Assembly: GCA_000934665.2 (NCBI GenBank)
Contig: KZ538528.1
Location: 1-64,000, forward strand
Direction of reading: 5' to 3'
Length of the DNA stretch: 64,000 nucleotides
From: Catajapyx aquilonaris
Lineage: Eukaryota
This document shows positions 1-14,000 of this stretch, in pieces. Position numbers and translations under genes: made by a program. The number at the start of each line of letters is the position of its first letter. Positions within the stretch are counted from its first letter, which is position 1. The notes under the pieces are model-generated. The model was not told where the DNA came from, did not search any database, and was given only the letters and a program-made list of their open reading frames with translations.

Positions 1-3000
1 CAAACACTAGGCTTGATTTGAGCAAAAGTAAACCCTCGTGGAGAGAACTGAATACTGGCCACATGCGAAATCAATACCTCCGCGGCGTGGTTTTGACAGC
101 ACTGAGGCTCAGTACAAAGGCCAAACTAACCTCCCCCCCCCCTCCAAAAAAAAATTATGTATGTATTTTGGGCGGGGACGGTACATGTCACGCTGGAATG
201 TACGACGTGTAAACACGTGATGATGCACGACGTTCATTGTTGGGACTGGAAAAAAAAGGTAGCTGCGAAAACCTGTTTAATGCAATGGTTATATATTTGA
301 TAACATATATGAAAATATCTGCTACTGTACATTTTTAGTGGATTTACCAACCTGACAACATTTGGTCGGTCCAATCCGTTTGACCCGGGGTGAAACTATA
401 TGTGGTGCAACAAAATAACGTTGTTTTACCACTGTTTCGAATCTAAACGACTGGCTGCTGTGATACTCCAGGCTCGAATCTCTCGAACGAACCTGCCAGT
501 CTTAAACTGGTCGCAGGAATTAACGTTGCCATTTCGGAAGCCATTTGCAGTTAATTTGCGAGCACGATGATGCAGCGAGAGAGAGAGAAAAAAGGAGGGG
601 GGGTTGAAATACGAGCATAGTGTATTCTGGGTGGGTGTTTTTTTATAAAAAAATTTCAGAGGGAGAGAGTGTTGGGGGGCAGTGCTGCGTCCAGGTTGTC
701 ACATTAGTTCCCCGGGCTGTCCTGGAGCGTCCGTTCCCCAATTAATTATTTAGCAGGCAAATAATGGCAGAGAGGGTGGGAGTGCATGACGATACATGCT
801 CCACTGTGAAAATTGATTTCACACCCCAAATTTCCGCCAGACGAGGGGTTTTCACAATGGACTCATTTTGCGTGCAGGCACACTGGATATTCCTCTCTCC
901 CTTTTTTGGGGGGTGGGGGGAGAGTACTCCAAGCATTTTTGACTACCGGATCAAAATCCCTTGGGAATATTCGGGGATGCGAAAAGTGGGCAAAATTAAA
1001 TGGGAACCACCGATGGCAAAAAGCGTTGGGGATTTCAAAAAAAAAAAAAAAAAGCGAGACCCGAGTGTTGCACAAAGGAAAGGAGTTTTGTAATGACATG
1101 TCCCAGGGTGCTGGGTGCATATGGCAGCAGCGGGGGTGTGTGTTTGACGCATTCGCGCCTATATCGATCTCCTCTCTGCTATTCTCTCTCATTGATTATT
1201 ATTAGGACCCAAGGAGGAGCACCAAGGACCCACCCCCTATCCCCCAAAACCCCGGCTCAATTTTGGCCCAGCGCAGCGTCAGTAGAATTAGGACCAAATG
1301 AAGGAAGGTTGTCTGACTTAAAACGCAGGTCTAAAGTTCAATAACTTTTCTGAAATAACCTCTGAACCTATCTGAAAGTGTATGAAATACAGGATGGTTG
1401 AATTTGAATTGAAATGATATTTTAACTGAACACGTTGATTTCGCAGCTTGGCGTATCTCGGTATGATTTTTTTTTATTTGAGAATGCCAAAAAGTAGGGG
1501 TTGTTACAACGTTATTATCCGACAGGCAACTAACATTAATTACGTGCTAGGCATCGCAAGGACACCGAAAGCAAATTAAATGACTTTTTGTTCCGCTTGC
1601 CGCAGAAACTACTTGCACTAAGCCAAAGCCTCTGCCTCCCTCCCCTCCCCCCTCCCACTTCTATTTTAGACAGCTGGCACTGTATGTAGTGTTTAAACTT
1701 TCATCCGGTTATTCCACTCTACTTGATTAAATCCCCATTGTTGATACAAATTCCTGAGGAATCGAAGCATGGCGTTGCCAGAAGCTAAATTGAAGTTTAA
1801 AGTGGGGCACTTGTAGTATCATCCTGCATTGGAATTTTTTGGGGGGGTTAATTTATTTTAGCTTTAGGACCACGGGGTCAGACCCAACTTTTCAGCGAGT
1901 GACAATGTGATTTCTCCTCCACTGTTCTTTGTCTACAAATGAATATTTTGTATACTTTGCGCAGAAAAAGCGATAAGAACTTGGGCTCTTGGGGTCCCGC
2001 CTTCAAACATATTTCAAGAGGTAGCAGGCAGGTAGAGGGGAGGACCCCCTAGATTTTTGGGCAGGTGGCACAAAGAGCATTTCTCGGAGTGCAACACGCG
2101 AGTGGAAAGAAGGTCGATAAGGTCTGGAAACGTCAGGCAGCTCTCGGGGATGGAGGGAGGCAAAGGCGAGGTTGCCAAGTCGAAGGAAAGAAGGAGACTG
2201 TCGCAAACCGTCGATGTCGCAATGGCACACAACACCCAATCGCCTCTTGTCATCATACCCCCCCACCTTCAACCGCACCAGGAAATTTCAGACGAAAAAA
2301 TATTGACAGCTTGTCTATACGAATTCCAGCCATACCATCCAAAAAAACTGTCTGGAAAAACAACCAGCTTTTCTGGAGGATGATTCAATTTTTGTGACAT
2401 ACAGTACAATCGCAATTAAGCGGATTCTACTGTAATTATTAATCTCCATGCATTTACGGGACAAAGTTTGCTCGAACAACTTTACAAAGTTTTAACATGC
2501 CATGGCAAGTAAGGGAGAAAGAGAAGAAGAAAAAAAAAAATCACGGCAACCCGACGATATCTATTACCAAAACTCGGCCCCGAAATTGAGTACCCGACCT
2601 GCTCGGAAGATAATATATTTGGGAAGTTGCACCATAATTCGCGCAGGTTGCGTGGAAATATCCATAAATTGGGAGGGCCTCGTCTCGGATAAGGAGAGCA
2701 GGCATCCATCGAGTTTGGCTTGCTTGCTGTGCTTCGGGACCTCTTCTCTTCTTCAAATATGCAGCGCCTTCTGTACCATATTTTAAAGGGGGGGGGGGAG
2801 CCGCCGGATGATAATTTCCAGTCTGGAATAAGACTTTTTTTGAGCAAAGAATAAGAAAAAAGGGGGCATTGTTCTTCCCCCCATAATCTCGGCTTGCCAG
2901 ATAAAAATTGTAATTAAAACTGGAAGTGGAAGGCTAAATAGAAATGTCGTTAATGAAACGGGATATTTGCATTAATTTTTTTTTGAAGAATTGTTTGTTC

Positions 3001-3936
3001 ATTGCCAATTATTCTTACTGATGAGCCATATTTATGACAGATTAGCACACGCAATTTATTGTGTGAGAAAACTTCTCCGCTCTAGGTGTCTAGGAAGTGC
3101 AACATTATAGATGTAACTATATAGGCGGGGTTTGCGCTGTTCAATCAACACGCACATAATCCATCACATCTGCTCAGGATAAAATCACAGGGCTGCATAA
3201 AAATGGCAGATGAGTCGCCCCCCCCCCCCTTTCCCAACCACTCCCAGGGGACCCAAGAACAACACAAGTATTAACTGTAACACCTCAGATCATCCTGTTG
3301 ACAACGCCTGAAGTCAAACACGACCCGCAGCTGATAGTGTGTAAAGTACGTGCCTATTCCAGGATTGGCACTACTTCCAATTATCGCGGTTTGAGGAGCC
3401 GCCTCGTTATCTCCCGGACCCATGCCCTACTAACTTAGCCCTTTCTTCGCCATTCAGACTTTTTTGAGGGGTTGGTTGAGGGGGAAATAGAGCCTCGGGG
3501 GAGAGGCAAACTAATGGAGGCTGCCAAGAAGGCGGCACCCAAAAGGCCCCGTACACAAAAAGGGGGACCCACCACCGTCACTTTTTCGTCCACCTGATCT
3601 GCTTCAATATTCCAGGGACCCCCGAAAAACTCTTCTCCAGAAAAAAAACGAGGAAGAAAAAAAAATCAGGGTGGGTGTGAACCCTCAAAAAAAAAAAGAA
3701 AAAAGGCAGGGACTTGATGAATGGAGCGGCTTTTAGTAAAGTGCTTCGTGAGTTGCGTTTGGGTCACGGCACATTTTTCAACCGGGACTTGCTAACAAAT
3801 GGCAAAGGCATCGCCCCTATGTAAACCCGGAAACGACTTGTACGTGCACTTGTAGTTTCCGTTCAGGATCGAAGCCACAGCCAGCACCATGGCCATTGGG
3901 AGGACTGACATGTCTGCACAAATGATGCGGGGCCTT

Positions 3937-4016
3937 GGTTCGAATCAAGGCCTACTGAGGAGAGGAAGGCCTTAGTACCAAGACCTTTTTCTCCTCAACA
4001 GACCGTGGTTCGAACC
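3937..4016. repeat. 80-bp imperfect loopless palindrome
   Basis: Arm 3937-3976 versus the reverse complement of arm 3977-4016 matches at 31/40 positions with no gaps, centred on GT|AC. Confidence 0.85.
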
Positions 4017-7000
4017 CTCTCCTGAAAGTAATGCTTACATTTAGATTGGGTTTACATACATAACCTAAGCAAACCTTTCTAGTGAGTCATATAAATGCCA
4101 AGTTAATTGCACCAGCTCCTTTATAATTGCGTCTTAGAAAGTCGATGTTGACCAAAGGGCTTGAATACAATGTCTACGGTTCACTCGATGCCCTACTTAC
4201 AGTACCAAGCCGTAGTGAAAAGGCTCGTGTTATCTCAGTTACATTGGTGGGGGAAATGGGGAGGGGGGGGCGCAATTTCAGCCTTATTATTACTGTCGCA
4301 CAAAATTATTTCTGGCGCAATGTAAGGGTAATAGCTCTCTCCAGCAGGAATTTCGGTCACGAAGGGTGTCACTATATTGTTTACGTCATTACAGCGCCTA
4401 TTGATTTCCTACTTGTTGTACTGTACATTGTGCTGCATTCAAGGCGAACAGAAAGTGCTAACAATAGTGCATTCAGGTGATAAAATGTTTATTCTCTAAT
4501 ATTACGGATGATTTTTTAATTATCCAGGCACTTAATCTTCCGATCTGGACCGGAATTAAACTGTTTTCCACAAGTGCCTGGACCTCTCCGAAATATGAAT
4601 AAAGGCGCTGAGACACGTCCTATTCGTTCATCTCCCCCTCGTTGCGTGGTATATAGAGAGCAAAAGCAGGCCCGGATATATGGAAATGCTCGTCAAATTG
4701 GAGCATAAAGGCCCGCTTGGGAGTTAGTGCACATCCGAGAATACGGTTAACATTTTACTAAGCCCCGCCGCGATAAGCGATATGATCCATTAATGGGGCC
4801 CGGCTCAATAGAGTCGGCGCCGGACGGCCATTGCGCTGCTCTCCGGGTTTTCCAGAAGAATTTACGGTTGGATTTTTTTTAGGAGGGAGTGTCTCCTGGG
4901 GACATGTTGTCACCGGATGACTCCGTATGGGCGATAATGTCACCAAGAATCGGGTCCGGCCTATTTACTTTATGACGTTTTTGCCTAATGTACGGCCTAG
5001 AAGTGTTAATTATTTTTTTAAGGGATTATCATCCAGCCTGGTCCGGGCCATTCGCGTCAAAAAAAAGTGTGTGATGGCTAACTGTTTAATAACAATGGCT
5101 ACTGAAATAGCGCGTATGTTTTTAGCTCATACCTCTGACCAGTATAGGGTTGAACGCGTTATTGCGCGTGTTTGTGGGGCCAATCCGCACGCAGAACCGG
5201 AGACCGCTGGATCCGTTGAGTGATTTGTATCACTAATGGTTGCGAAACGCTTTGAAGCGGTTGAGTTCAGCCAGAGTTCCGGTCACTTGTGGATGTCGGA
5301 AGCGAGACCACTTGGTTTGCGCGGTTACTAAAATGACCAGGGCATACACACACACACTATGTGTACATGAAAAAAAAGCCGACCGGTTACAAAGAGTGTG
5401 TAGGGGCATGGAGGGGTATAGCGGGGGAGGTGGGGGAGTCACGCAGTTTCCGGCTCCCAGTTGAAAAGCCCTCAAATTGAAACAAAACCGGGTAATGTTG
5501 TGGACAATTTACAAATCAAACAGCTCTTAAAACCATGTGAAACAGTGCTGCAGTTATCTGGCCGGCAAACGGATTTTCAACGGTCTAATTATTGGAAAGC
5601 GATTTCATTATGGATATTAATGTTTGGGGCCATTGTAGGGGGGTGTAGAGGAAAGGGATGGCTGCCAGAATTGGGAGGTCACTTATTCAGAGAATTGGCC
5701 AAAATGAGAGAGCTTTTTTTTTGGCAAAGAGGAAGTTGCTAAAAATGACTTTCGCTTCATCCTGAGCTGTTAGGTTACCCTTCAGCTTTGATTGCTCGCC
5801 AAAAAGCCTGATTTCAAGGGGCGTATGTTCTTCCTGTGCTTCTGTAAAAACATGCATGGTAGGGCATCCCACTCGCAAATTGGCTGCGATTACAGTGCAT
5901 TTCGTTGCAACTGGTTTCGATATAAGTAGTTTAGATAAAAGAAGCACGCATGAACAAAGCTGGATGGAGGAAAAGCAAAAGTAATACTGTATTACAGTTC
6001 CTTGACTGGAAAAATGGGTAGTACAAACTGCCTCGTTTATTTGGACATGTCCCCAAATTCTGCAGCAGTATGTCCCCATTATAGTGCGCTCGAGTAAGTC
6101 ACTTCTATGGCACACTGTAAGTTCACCCGAATCTAGTACAGTAAGAAAAATATGGTAATATTGTACTCTCTCAAGTACAGTCATAACAACGTAGGCTAAA
6201 AGCTGCTGCTCACATTTATTGCGACTTATGTTGCTGAATAATTTCTCTTGCTTCTTGGGCTACAAGGTCCTGAAGGAACGTTGAAGTTTTACAGTATTTC
6301 TTGTTAAACTTATAATGAGTTGGACAAGTTCCTACGGTGTGCTATTGAATGTTTATATATACCCTATCAAATTTCAACTGTACAACGTGAAATATGCATC
6401 TACTTTACCTCTTGGTGCAATTAGTTAAGAAGCCTCTCAAACAAAGGGTTTTTAGAACATTTAATTACCTGACCTATAGATGCTCTTTACGTAACCTGTG
6501 AATATTTATTGTCAGAATGTGTCACAAAATTCTGTCCTGCTGTATAACGACGGGTCTATCATGACACAGAGTAGAAGCTCGGCTATTTTTTGTCCGTATA
6601 TACTTTTCCAGTGCGTGTCACTATATGTTTCTGCCACAGCTTTAGTAGAGCGCAGTCCGTAATAGAGGTGATAATTTAGCGCATTTTTTTTTTTGCAACA
6701 CGCGGTATATGAAATTCCATGTGCACTTTTGATGTGGAAAATATGATTTCGTAACCCCATTAGTCGGTGAGGGCAACGTGTATGTCAGCTATAGAGATGT
6801 AAAATTATTACATTCCGCTAATTAGGTTTTCGGACGCTCCATGCGTAAATAACTCTGTTGGGCATATTTTGGATAACTGCTGAAGATGTGCCATGTCCAG
6901 CACTGTTGTAACCGCCTCTGTAGTGATCAACGGGTTATATTGGTAAATGGTAATTTATTTAACACCTTGCCAGTTGTCGCACTTTGGGAGGCGGTGCGTG

Positions 7001-7444
7001 ACTATTAGTGCGAGAACCTGTCGCAAAAACGGGCTCAATTGTACGCGATTATCATATTCACACAGTTGTGTTCTCTTTAGAAAATTATACTGCACAGCAT
7101 TAAGGTCAGAGAATTCTGTTTCCAACAGCTACTAACTTAACACAAAGTTTGCTGGCCGAATCCTCTCTTTTTTTTTTACTCCCAGAGTTTCATACTACCT
7201 GGCCAACAAAACTTGGTCCCGAAATAGGATGAAAATAATCCAGGGCCCCGAAAATTCTCTCCTTGCACAGGGTAGGCTCCCAGAAAACAAAAGGGGGGGT
7301 TTTTTCGGGGGGTCCAAAAGGTGCGGGCAAAATCCCCCTTCTCCTCCAGCCCAGGTTCTTCCTAATGGGGTTGCATGGAGCTCAATCCCGGTCCTGGAAA
7401 CTCCCCAGAAGAATAATCAAGGCGGAATTAGACGGGACGGGGGT

Positions 7445-7445
<1 letters not shown>

Positions 7446-7507
<62 letters not shown>
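7446..7507. repeat. (AG)31 microsatellite
   Basis: Uninterrupted AG dinucleotide run read directly from the sequence. Confidence 0.98.
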
Positions 7508-7509
<2 letters not shown>

Positions 7510-8700
7510 CCACGGATCAAAGAGGAAGGTCTGCTGCACGTGCTTTGGAAGTACTAGTCCCCCACTCCCCCTAGGAGAAGCATTAATTTTAGGCCTAATT
7601 CTGAGGGGGAGGGCTTCCCCCCACTCAAAAAAGGAAACACTGGCCTTATGAATCCCTGGAGCTCCATGCACTCATATCAAAATCATGCTTTCATGTGGAA
7701 TGCGCCACTTCTAAACCTGATGCCCACCCTTGCTTCTCGCCGTTACAACGCTTCTTTTTGCGAGGGATGTACCACGAGAGGGTTGCAAAAAAAAGGAGGG
7801 GTGGAAGCTCATTGGATGCTGCGCTGTGACAGGAAACTTACACTGCAGGGACGATGCAGCTGTTTTGCTTACATCATCCCCGGTGTGTCTGGCCTTCCCC
7901 AAATACGTGAATTTTCTGTGTACAGCCGGCAGGTATTATATGTAATTAAATCAAAGCACGCGTCCCCGGTAATTAGTTTATTACAGCCACAATAAAACCG
8001 TATCGAAATGACCCGGTGACGTCAGACTCCCCACTGCTCCTCACAGTTGCCAGGGGAAAGTGTGGCTGTGCATCTGGCAACAGTCACGTGCTTGTAGCTA
8101 CATGTGTGACATACCTTGAGATGAGAGCGTCGGGTCGGAGGCGGTGTGTCTGCAGCTGCATCAACAATGGGCCGAGAGCAGCTCCCCCAACTTCCTGCAG
8201 GAGACAAAAGAGAAGAGTAATCAGCTGCTGGTTCCTGTACGACTTCCGTCATAATGTTTGGCCTTTCCCAAACCTACCAACCCCCAATGGATTTCGGACG
8301 CGACATGTACTACCTGCCTTGATACCGTGCAAGTGCTTGGTGGGTGGGTGGGTTTTGCTCTGGTTTTGCTGCTGGGAAAAGGAAGCAAGGGAAAGAGAGG
8401 ACCTTCCAGTGTCGACTTTGGAGGATCCCGTGGGACGCAGGGAAACAGGTCTTTCAACGGAACTGCCGGTTCCATCCACCTACACATCGATCCATGCTGT
8501 TGCTTCACTTCTCCTTTTTTTAGGAGGAAGGAGGAGGAGGAGGAGGGAGATGGTGAAGAGGGAGTTGGGTACAATGTTGTTCCGATTTCAAGTGGGGAAA
8601 ACTCCTAGACTAGGATTTATGACGAGTTCTTTCCCTCGCCATTATTATATTGGGAGAGAGGCCTGATGCGGGCTGGGCTGACTGACGGACCGGAAATGTA

Positions 8701-8837
8701 CAGGGTGATTCACTGATTCGTATAATTCTAACGCCAACTCCTGGCCAGCAGAGGATAATTTTTAGTAGAGGTGTCATTTTGTCGCAGCAGCTGAGATAGA
8801 GTCAACGATAGTGTGTTGGACATTGGGACTCACCCTG
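8701..8837. mobile_element. Short, degenerate Tc1/mariner-type MITE
   Basis: TA|CAGGGTGATTCAC ... GGGACTCACCCTG|TA. Termini match at 11/13 positions and TA flanks both sides (8699-8700, 8838-8839). Confidence 0.5.
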
Positions 8838-10962
8838 TAGTGGCTACTCGTATGAGAGAGCAGATCAGATTGCATTATACATGAAGTGCATCTCTCGGTT
8901 GGGTTACGTGCGAGTGGCTGCGACCGTTTCATTTGTGGGGTTGGAAGCAGGAGGGGTTGGTGTGGTAGTTTAGTGCATGTGGAGGCACGGTGATTTGGGT
9001 GTACAGTATATGTATATACAACCCTCTGGAGTGGTTAAAATTGCCCCTCGCGACTTTTGCCCCCTCTCTTTACGGGATTTACATTCTCCTAAGGCGTATT
9101 TTGACTTTAATCTCTCTCGTATAAACAGCTTAGTTTCCGCACTAGGCCTCTCCATCCCACCCCCCTCCCCTTTTCCCTAAAATGGCGTTAATTTTCCTCT
9201 CCATTCGACCCTTAATAATGAGCACGCATTCAGGAATTAGAGGAGTAATGAGACTAATTCTGAAAAGGACGAGGGGGCGGTAAGTGCTAACTCTATTAAC
9301 CCAGACCAAACCGCCAGGGGGGGAAAAAAAATCCGATTGGAGCGGTGTGGGTTTCAGTCAAAAAGTGAATACGAGTAGATGGCTCGTAAAGTCATGCAAT
9401 CCATTTATTCAGGAATAATGACAAATGTGCTCTTATATACGTACTGAACAAATAGACCTGTACAGTACCTGCTGCATAAGACATTCAGATGATGCTATAC
9501 GTTTAGCTTTTCTGTTCGTATGTGCACGAATATATTCGTACTTGCTCAACTTGCGTCTTGTGTAGACAATCTGCATTATTGCAATCGTATATGCAGCAAT
9601 CTGTGTACTCACAGTCAGTGCTTATGAATGGATTTGTAGGTATCTAACAAGCTCTCTGGATGGGCAAACTGTTGCCTGAATTTGGCAGTACGAGTAGACC
9701 ATTGCGATGAATATACTCGTACTGTACATGTATAGGCAAGTTTCATGAATGTGCGGGTATATGTATGTGGATACATGCACGTGTAAGCAGTAATCCTGGC
9801 AACAGTTTGAACATGCTCCTTGGTTCTGATGGTATTAGACCAGACTAGGTTTGTCGAAAAATTTCCTTGTGACATGTTGACGACTGATGCGTTTGACTAG
9901 ATAGGCCCATCACCCAGCCGAACCGTTGGTTTTATCCTGGGTTGTTGGCATCGCTCCATCCCCGCGAATGTGTTGCTACCTCTGGCCCGAGGACCCCTTT
10001 GGGCGTTTGAATTCGTCTCTTTGACACCCAAAGGCAGATCCTCACCGGATGTCGTTTCCACTTTTCGCCTGGCTCGATCCCAATCCCAGCAGCGCAGCAC
10101 CATGGCAACTGTCGCCCTAGGTTTTTGGCAGCCAAAGACGACCCGGATTAGTACCCCTCATCTCCCCCACCAAAAAAAAAACACAAACACCATTTCGAGA
10201 GGGGGCTTGCCCAATTAATGAAGTGCATAATATGCACCCCTTTTTGGCGATGGATTGATGCGATAACAATAGGGAAAAGCTGCCCTTGGATAATTCTTCC
10301 TGATGGAAGCCAGTTATTGTGAAAAACCATATTCAGTTATGGGGGGGGGGGGGGGGNAAATCTGTTTTGCATCTAGCAGTGGAGCAGCCCACTCGCAAAA
10401 TTTGCGAAAATGAAGTTTAGAGGTGGTATAGCAGTGTGGGCCAGTAAGAGGGAAGTTGACTTTATCGAGTTTAACCGCATTTTTTTTTTGGAGCGCACCA
10501 ACTTCCGGTCAGAGACTCCTATAGGGTCTGATTGAATTGGGCGACAAGATTTCCGGGCCGGGTGCTTTCCATTTTGACATGCTCTGCTTCTGCGTCTTTG
10601 TCAACTAAATTTTGATCCTACGCAAAAAAAAATTGCAACCAAGTTGACACTATTATAATTAAACCATTATTTTCAATAATTCTGTTTGAATATTGCAAGT
10701 AGCTTGTATATTCTTCGTGTCTATAATTGAACTCAATTGAAATTATTTTAAATTGCAATGTCATTTTAAATCACAATGGTATTATTTGTCTATTAGTTCG
10801 ACATAATTATCGCATCATTATGGTAGAGGGAAAAGAACACTTTTGAGAGGGTATGTATGGGAAAGGACCTTCCAGGATCATTTTCAACTGCCAGTGTTTT
10901 TCCCCCTCCAACCCTCCCCCTCCTGAATAAGGGGCATTGACTGGGGTTGGGCTTCCAGGCAG

Positions 10963-11035
10963 GACCGTGTGGCCTAACGGATAAGGCGTCGGACTTCGGA
11001 TCCGAAGATTGCAGGTTCGAATCCTGTCACGGTCG
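10963..11035 (+). tRNA. tRNA-Arg-TCG: tRNA-Arg, anticodon TCG (intronless, eukaryotic)
   Basis: 73-nt cloverleaf: acceptor stem GACCGTG/CACGGTC plus discriminator G; D-arm GCCT-AACGGATA-AGGC; anticodon arm TCGGA-CTTCGGA-TCCGA with TCG at 10996-10998; T-arm GCAGG-TTCGAAT-CCTGT containing the B box. No encoded CCA. Confidence 0.98.
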
Positions 11036-11043
11036 ACATCCTC

Positions 11044-11048
11044 TTTTT
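11044..11048 (+). terminator. RNA polymerase III oligo-T terminator of the tRNA gene
   Basis: TTTTT beginning 9 nt downstream of the tRNA 3' end. Confidence 0.8.
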
Positions 11049-14000
11049 GTGTGTAACTCATTTTGTATAATTCATTTTAAAAACGTACATCTGGTTCATA
11101 CTTTGGAATAGTTAAATTGCATTTTTTTATTTAAAAAATCATACAGCACAACCCATTCATATCAAAATGTCATAGAATACAATGAAATATTAGAGTGTAA
11201 TGTGTGGCCTCCATCGTGTTAACACTGCAGTGTTTTCTCCCCTGATCCAACCTGAAGGCAGCCATCGCGTATACAGTTAAATGCGTTTGCTCGATATTGC
11301 AGGGGCAGGCAGACCGTTACACGTGAAATAATTAATAGCCAGCTGGAATGTTGGTTGGGAGCGGGGCCCGAGCGCGTTATGAAGTGTTGACCACTTGGCC
11401 CAAGAATATTGTTGACCAGAATATTATTATTATTACAATTTTTTTTTAATTCCCGGGAAATCCAGCCGAAAAACAAACATGGAACGTGTGTGTGGACCAG
11501 GTCATATTCAGTACGGCTTTTGGGAAGCTCCGGGACCGGGTTTTTCGCCTTTTGATGTTGACCAAGAGGACCCTTTTGTCATTACCGGCACGGAATCAAG
11601 GAAAAGGGAGGCTGCTCAGAGAGAGTGGGAGGTGGTAGGGGGGGGGGGGATGATTCAGCCGCGTCACCCAAGCCTCCCAAAGGGATTGAGGCCGACAAGA
11701 GAAGAGGAAAAGCACGTATGCCAAGCCAGGCAATAAGGTTTATCATCCAGGAGCTACCGGTGGGGAAATCCCTCTGAATAGCATCTGCCTGGCATTTGTA
11801 GCTGATGGTTTGCCAGATGAAAGCCCCCCCCCCCTTTTCCACCCCTTTCCCCACCCACCCGATGATGATTCTTGTATTAAGCTGATTATCCGGCGCTGCT
11901 CGGGAACCCAACCATTATCGCGGCAAATAGCGTGTAATCTTCGCGTTTCTGCTCGGGGTATTGGATCTTCAGCCTGATTTTGTGATGCATGCGGGCCCGG
12001 GTTTTTTTGTGTGTGTGTGGTAGTGCACGCAGAACAAATGTGTGGAGCTTGACTCTTCAAAGTCTTGCGGCGCAGCTTGCGTAAATGGACGTGTCAGCCT
12101 GTAAAAGTCTGGGCTACGGGGGGGAAAAAAAGAAACATTGCTTGGTCTACTACCACTGCTACACCATATCCCGGAGCCAAAACGCGTCTCTCGAGTATAA
12201 TCCGAGAAACCCTAGGAACATGACCACCACTTTCCTCCGAGTCTCCTCAGTGAATTTTGCTTACAGTGTTTGGGACCGTCCACGAGAGTTTGTGTGTCCT
12301 ATAACATGCACTGTGAATGTACTTTTGAGATTTTTCAGTGACTGGGACACAACCTCTTTTTTTGGTGAGTAGAAAAAGAGAGTAGAGAAAAAAAGCGAGA
12401 GCTTATTTCGTGAGGGATTATGTTCCCATGGCTACCCGTTTCCTCATCCGGAGGGGATTCCGAGGAAAAGAAGCTTGAGGAGGAGAAAATAAAGAACTTC
12501 AACTCGGGCGCTCAGACTATCGTCGCTTATTGAGTGCAGATACAACCGGGCCAGAAGCCCCCAGGAGGAGAAGCCCCCCCGAAAATGTTCAGGAAGAAAA
12601 AATTGTTCGAGTTATTTATTCTCCTTATAGGTAATGCATCTTTCTCTGGAGTGTATTTAGCCCAAATTCTATCGAAAATTGTACAGTCGTGACGTTTGGC
12701 GAATGACACGTTTTCACTGGTCCATATCAGTATTTGAATACGGTTTCCAATATTCCGTGGCATCAACAGAGTTAGCCCAACAGAGCGTGCGTTATAAAAA
12801 ACACTAAAACTTTCTAATTAACATATTATTGTATGGTTTATGTCAATATTAATTTTAAAACGTGCCGGAACTCGTAATATTTCATGGCCAAGAGGATGTG
12901 AAAACAAGGCAATTGTGTTTTGTGTTTATTTATTTTTTGCTGCGCGCATGAGTGCCAACTTTGCATGGCTTACCATGAAAATGCATAGTACTTCTAGATG
13001 AGTTGCCATATTGCAAAGTGAGTTACCCGCTATTGAATTGAAACGACCATAAATTTAATACCATAATTCCATTTAAAACGTCATCACATATCCGGTTCGA
13101 ACTAATGCGAACCATATGGTTGTCCCACTTTCCAGCTTTAAAAAAAAAATCCAACCACCTAATCGAATTAGCCTGATTAGCAATATACCTCTTGCTAATT
13201 TAGCACTTGATCGTCAACAGTCAGCCCCGCCAACTAATGTAAATGGTGGAATCCATCAGTAATCCGGGGCGAGTGTCGCCTCCAAACGGGGGAGGGGCTC
13301 GCCTCCGGGGCTTTTTCCAGCGCATTTTATCCTCCCTCCTAGTCCCGGATTATTTACTCCTCTGATGAATTTATTGTAGCTAAACAATATTTTTAAACAT
13401 TCAGGAGGAGGCCTGGTTTGGTCCCGGGCCATAAGCGCTGGCCGGAGAGGTTTTGATGCGTGGACCGCTCGCTGGCTAAACCGCCTGCTCTTTCCCCGCC
13501 ATTAATAGTAATTAGAGCTGTGATTAAAAATCCCAATGGTAAATAAGAAGCCTTGCACGCGCTGAGTGGGATTAGGCCACCCAGCCCCAGCCAGACAGGA
13601 CGACACTGTGTTCAATTTTATATGAAAATGATGGCACCCACTCTGTATCTGGATAGTCGCTGACCTCTGTTGACATTCAGCCTAGACTGTACTATCGACT
13701 GAATCAAGTTTGGGACACTACCGAAAATTCGGCGTGGTCCGACTTAGAAACTGATTACGTTTTTTTTTTTTTTTTTGAGGGAGGGACCCCTCAAATTTCT
13801 GCCAATGATTTAAGCTCAGGTTTTGCGATCAATCACAGGCAGTGAGAGCTGGAGTGAGGCAGCTGTGAATAGTGCATGGTTTTGTAACGAGGAACCACTT
13901 GCCGAATTAGAGAGGGTGGGCCAGAGTTTGGGGAAGAGAGGGTAGGATGGAGAGTTGTGGGGGGGGGGGAGGGGGGCAAAAGGGTCGATATTTCCCCCCT

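Noticed and set aside
4500..5050. Scattered GGCCCGG/GGTCCGG motifs and an 11-bp inverted repeat (4523-4533, 4572-4582)
   Set aside because: May be a decayed transposon, but I could not define termini, a target duplication or a second copy.
8016..8666. 216-aa ORF and overlapping ORFs
   Set aside because: Non-ATG start, low-complexity Arg/Glu runs from GGA repeats, no recognisable family.
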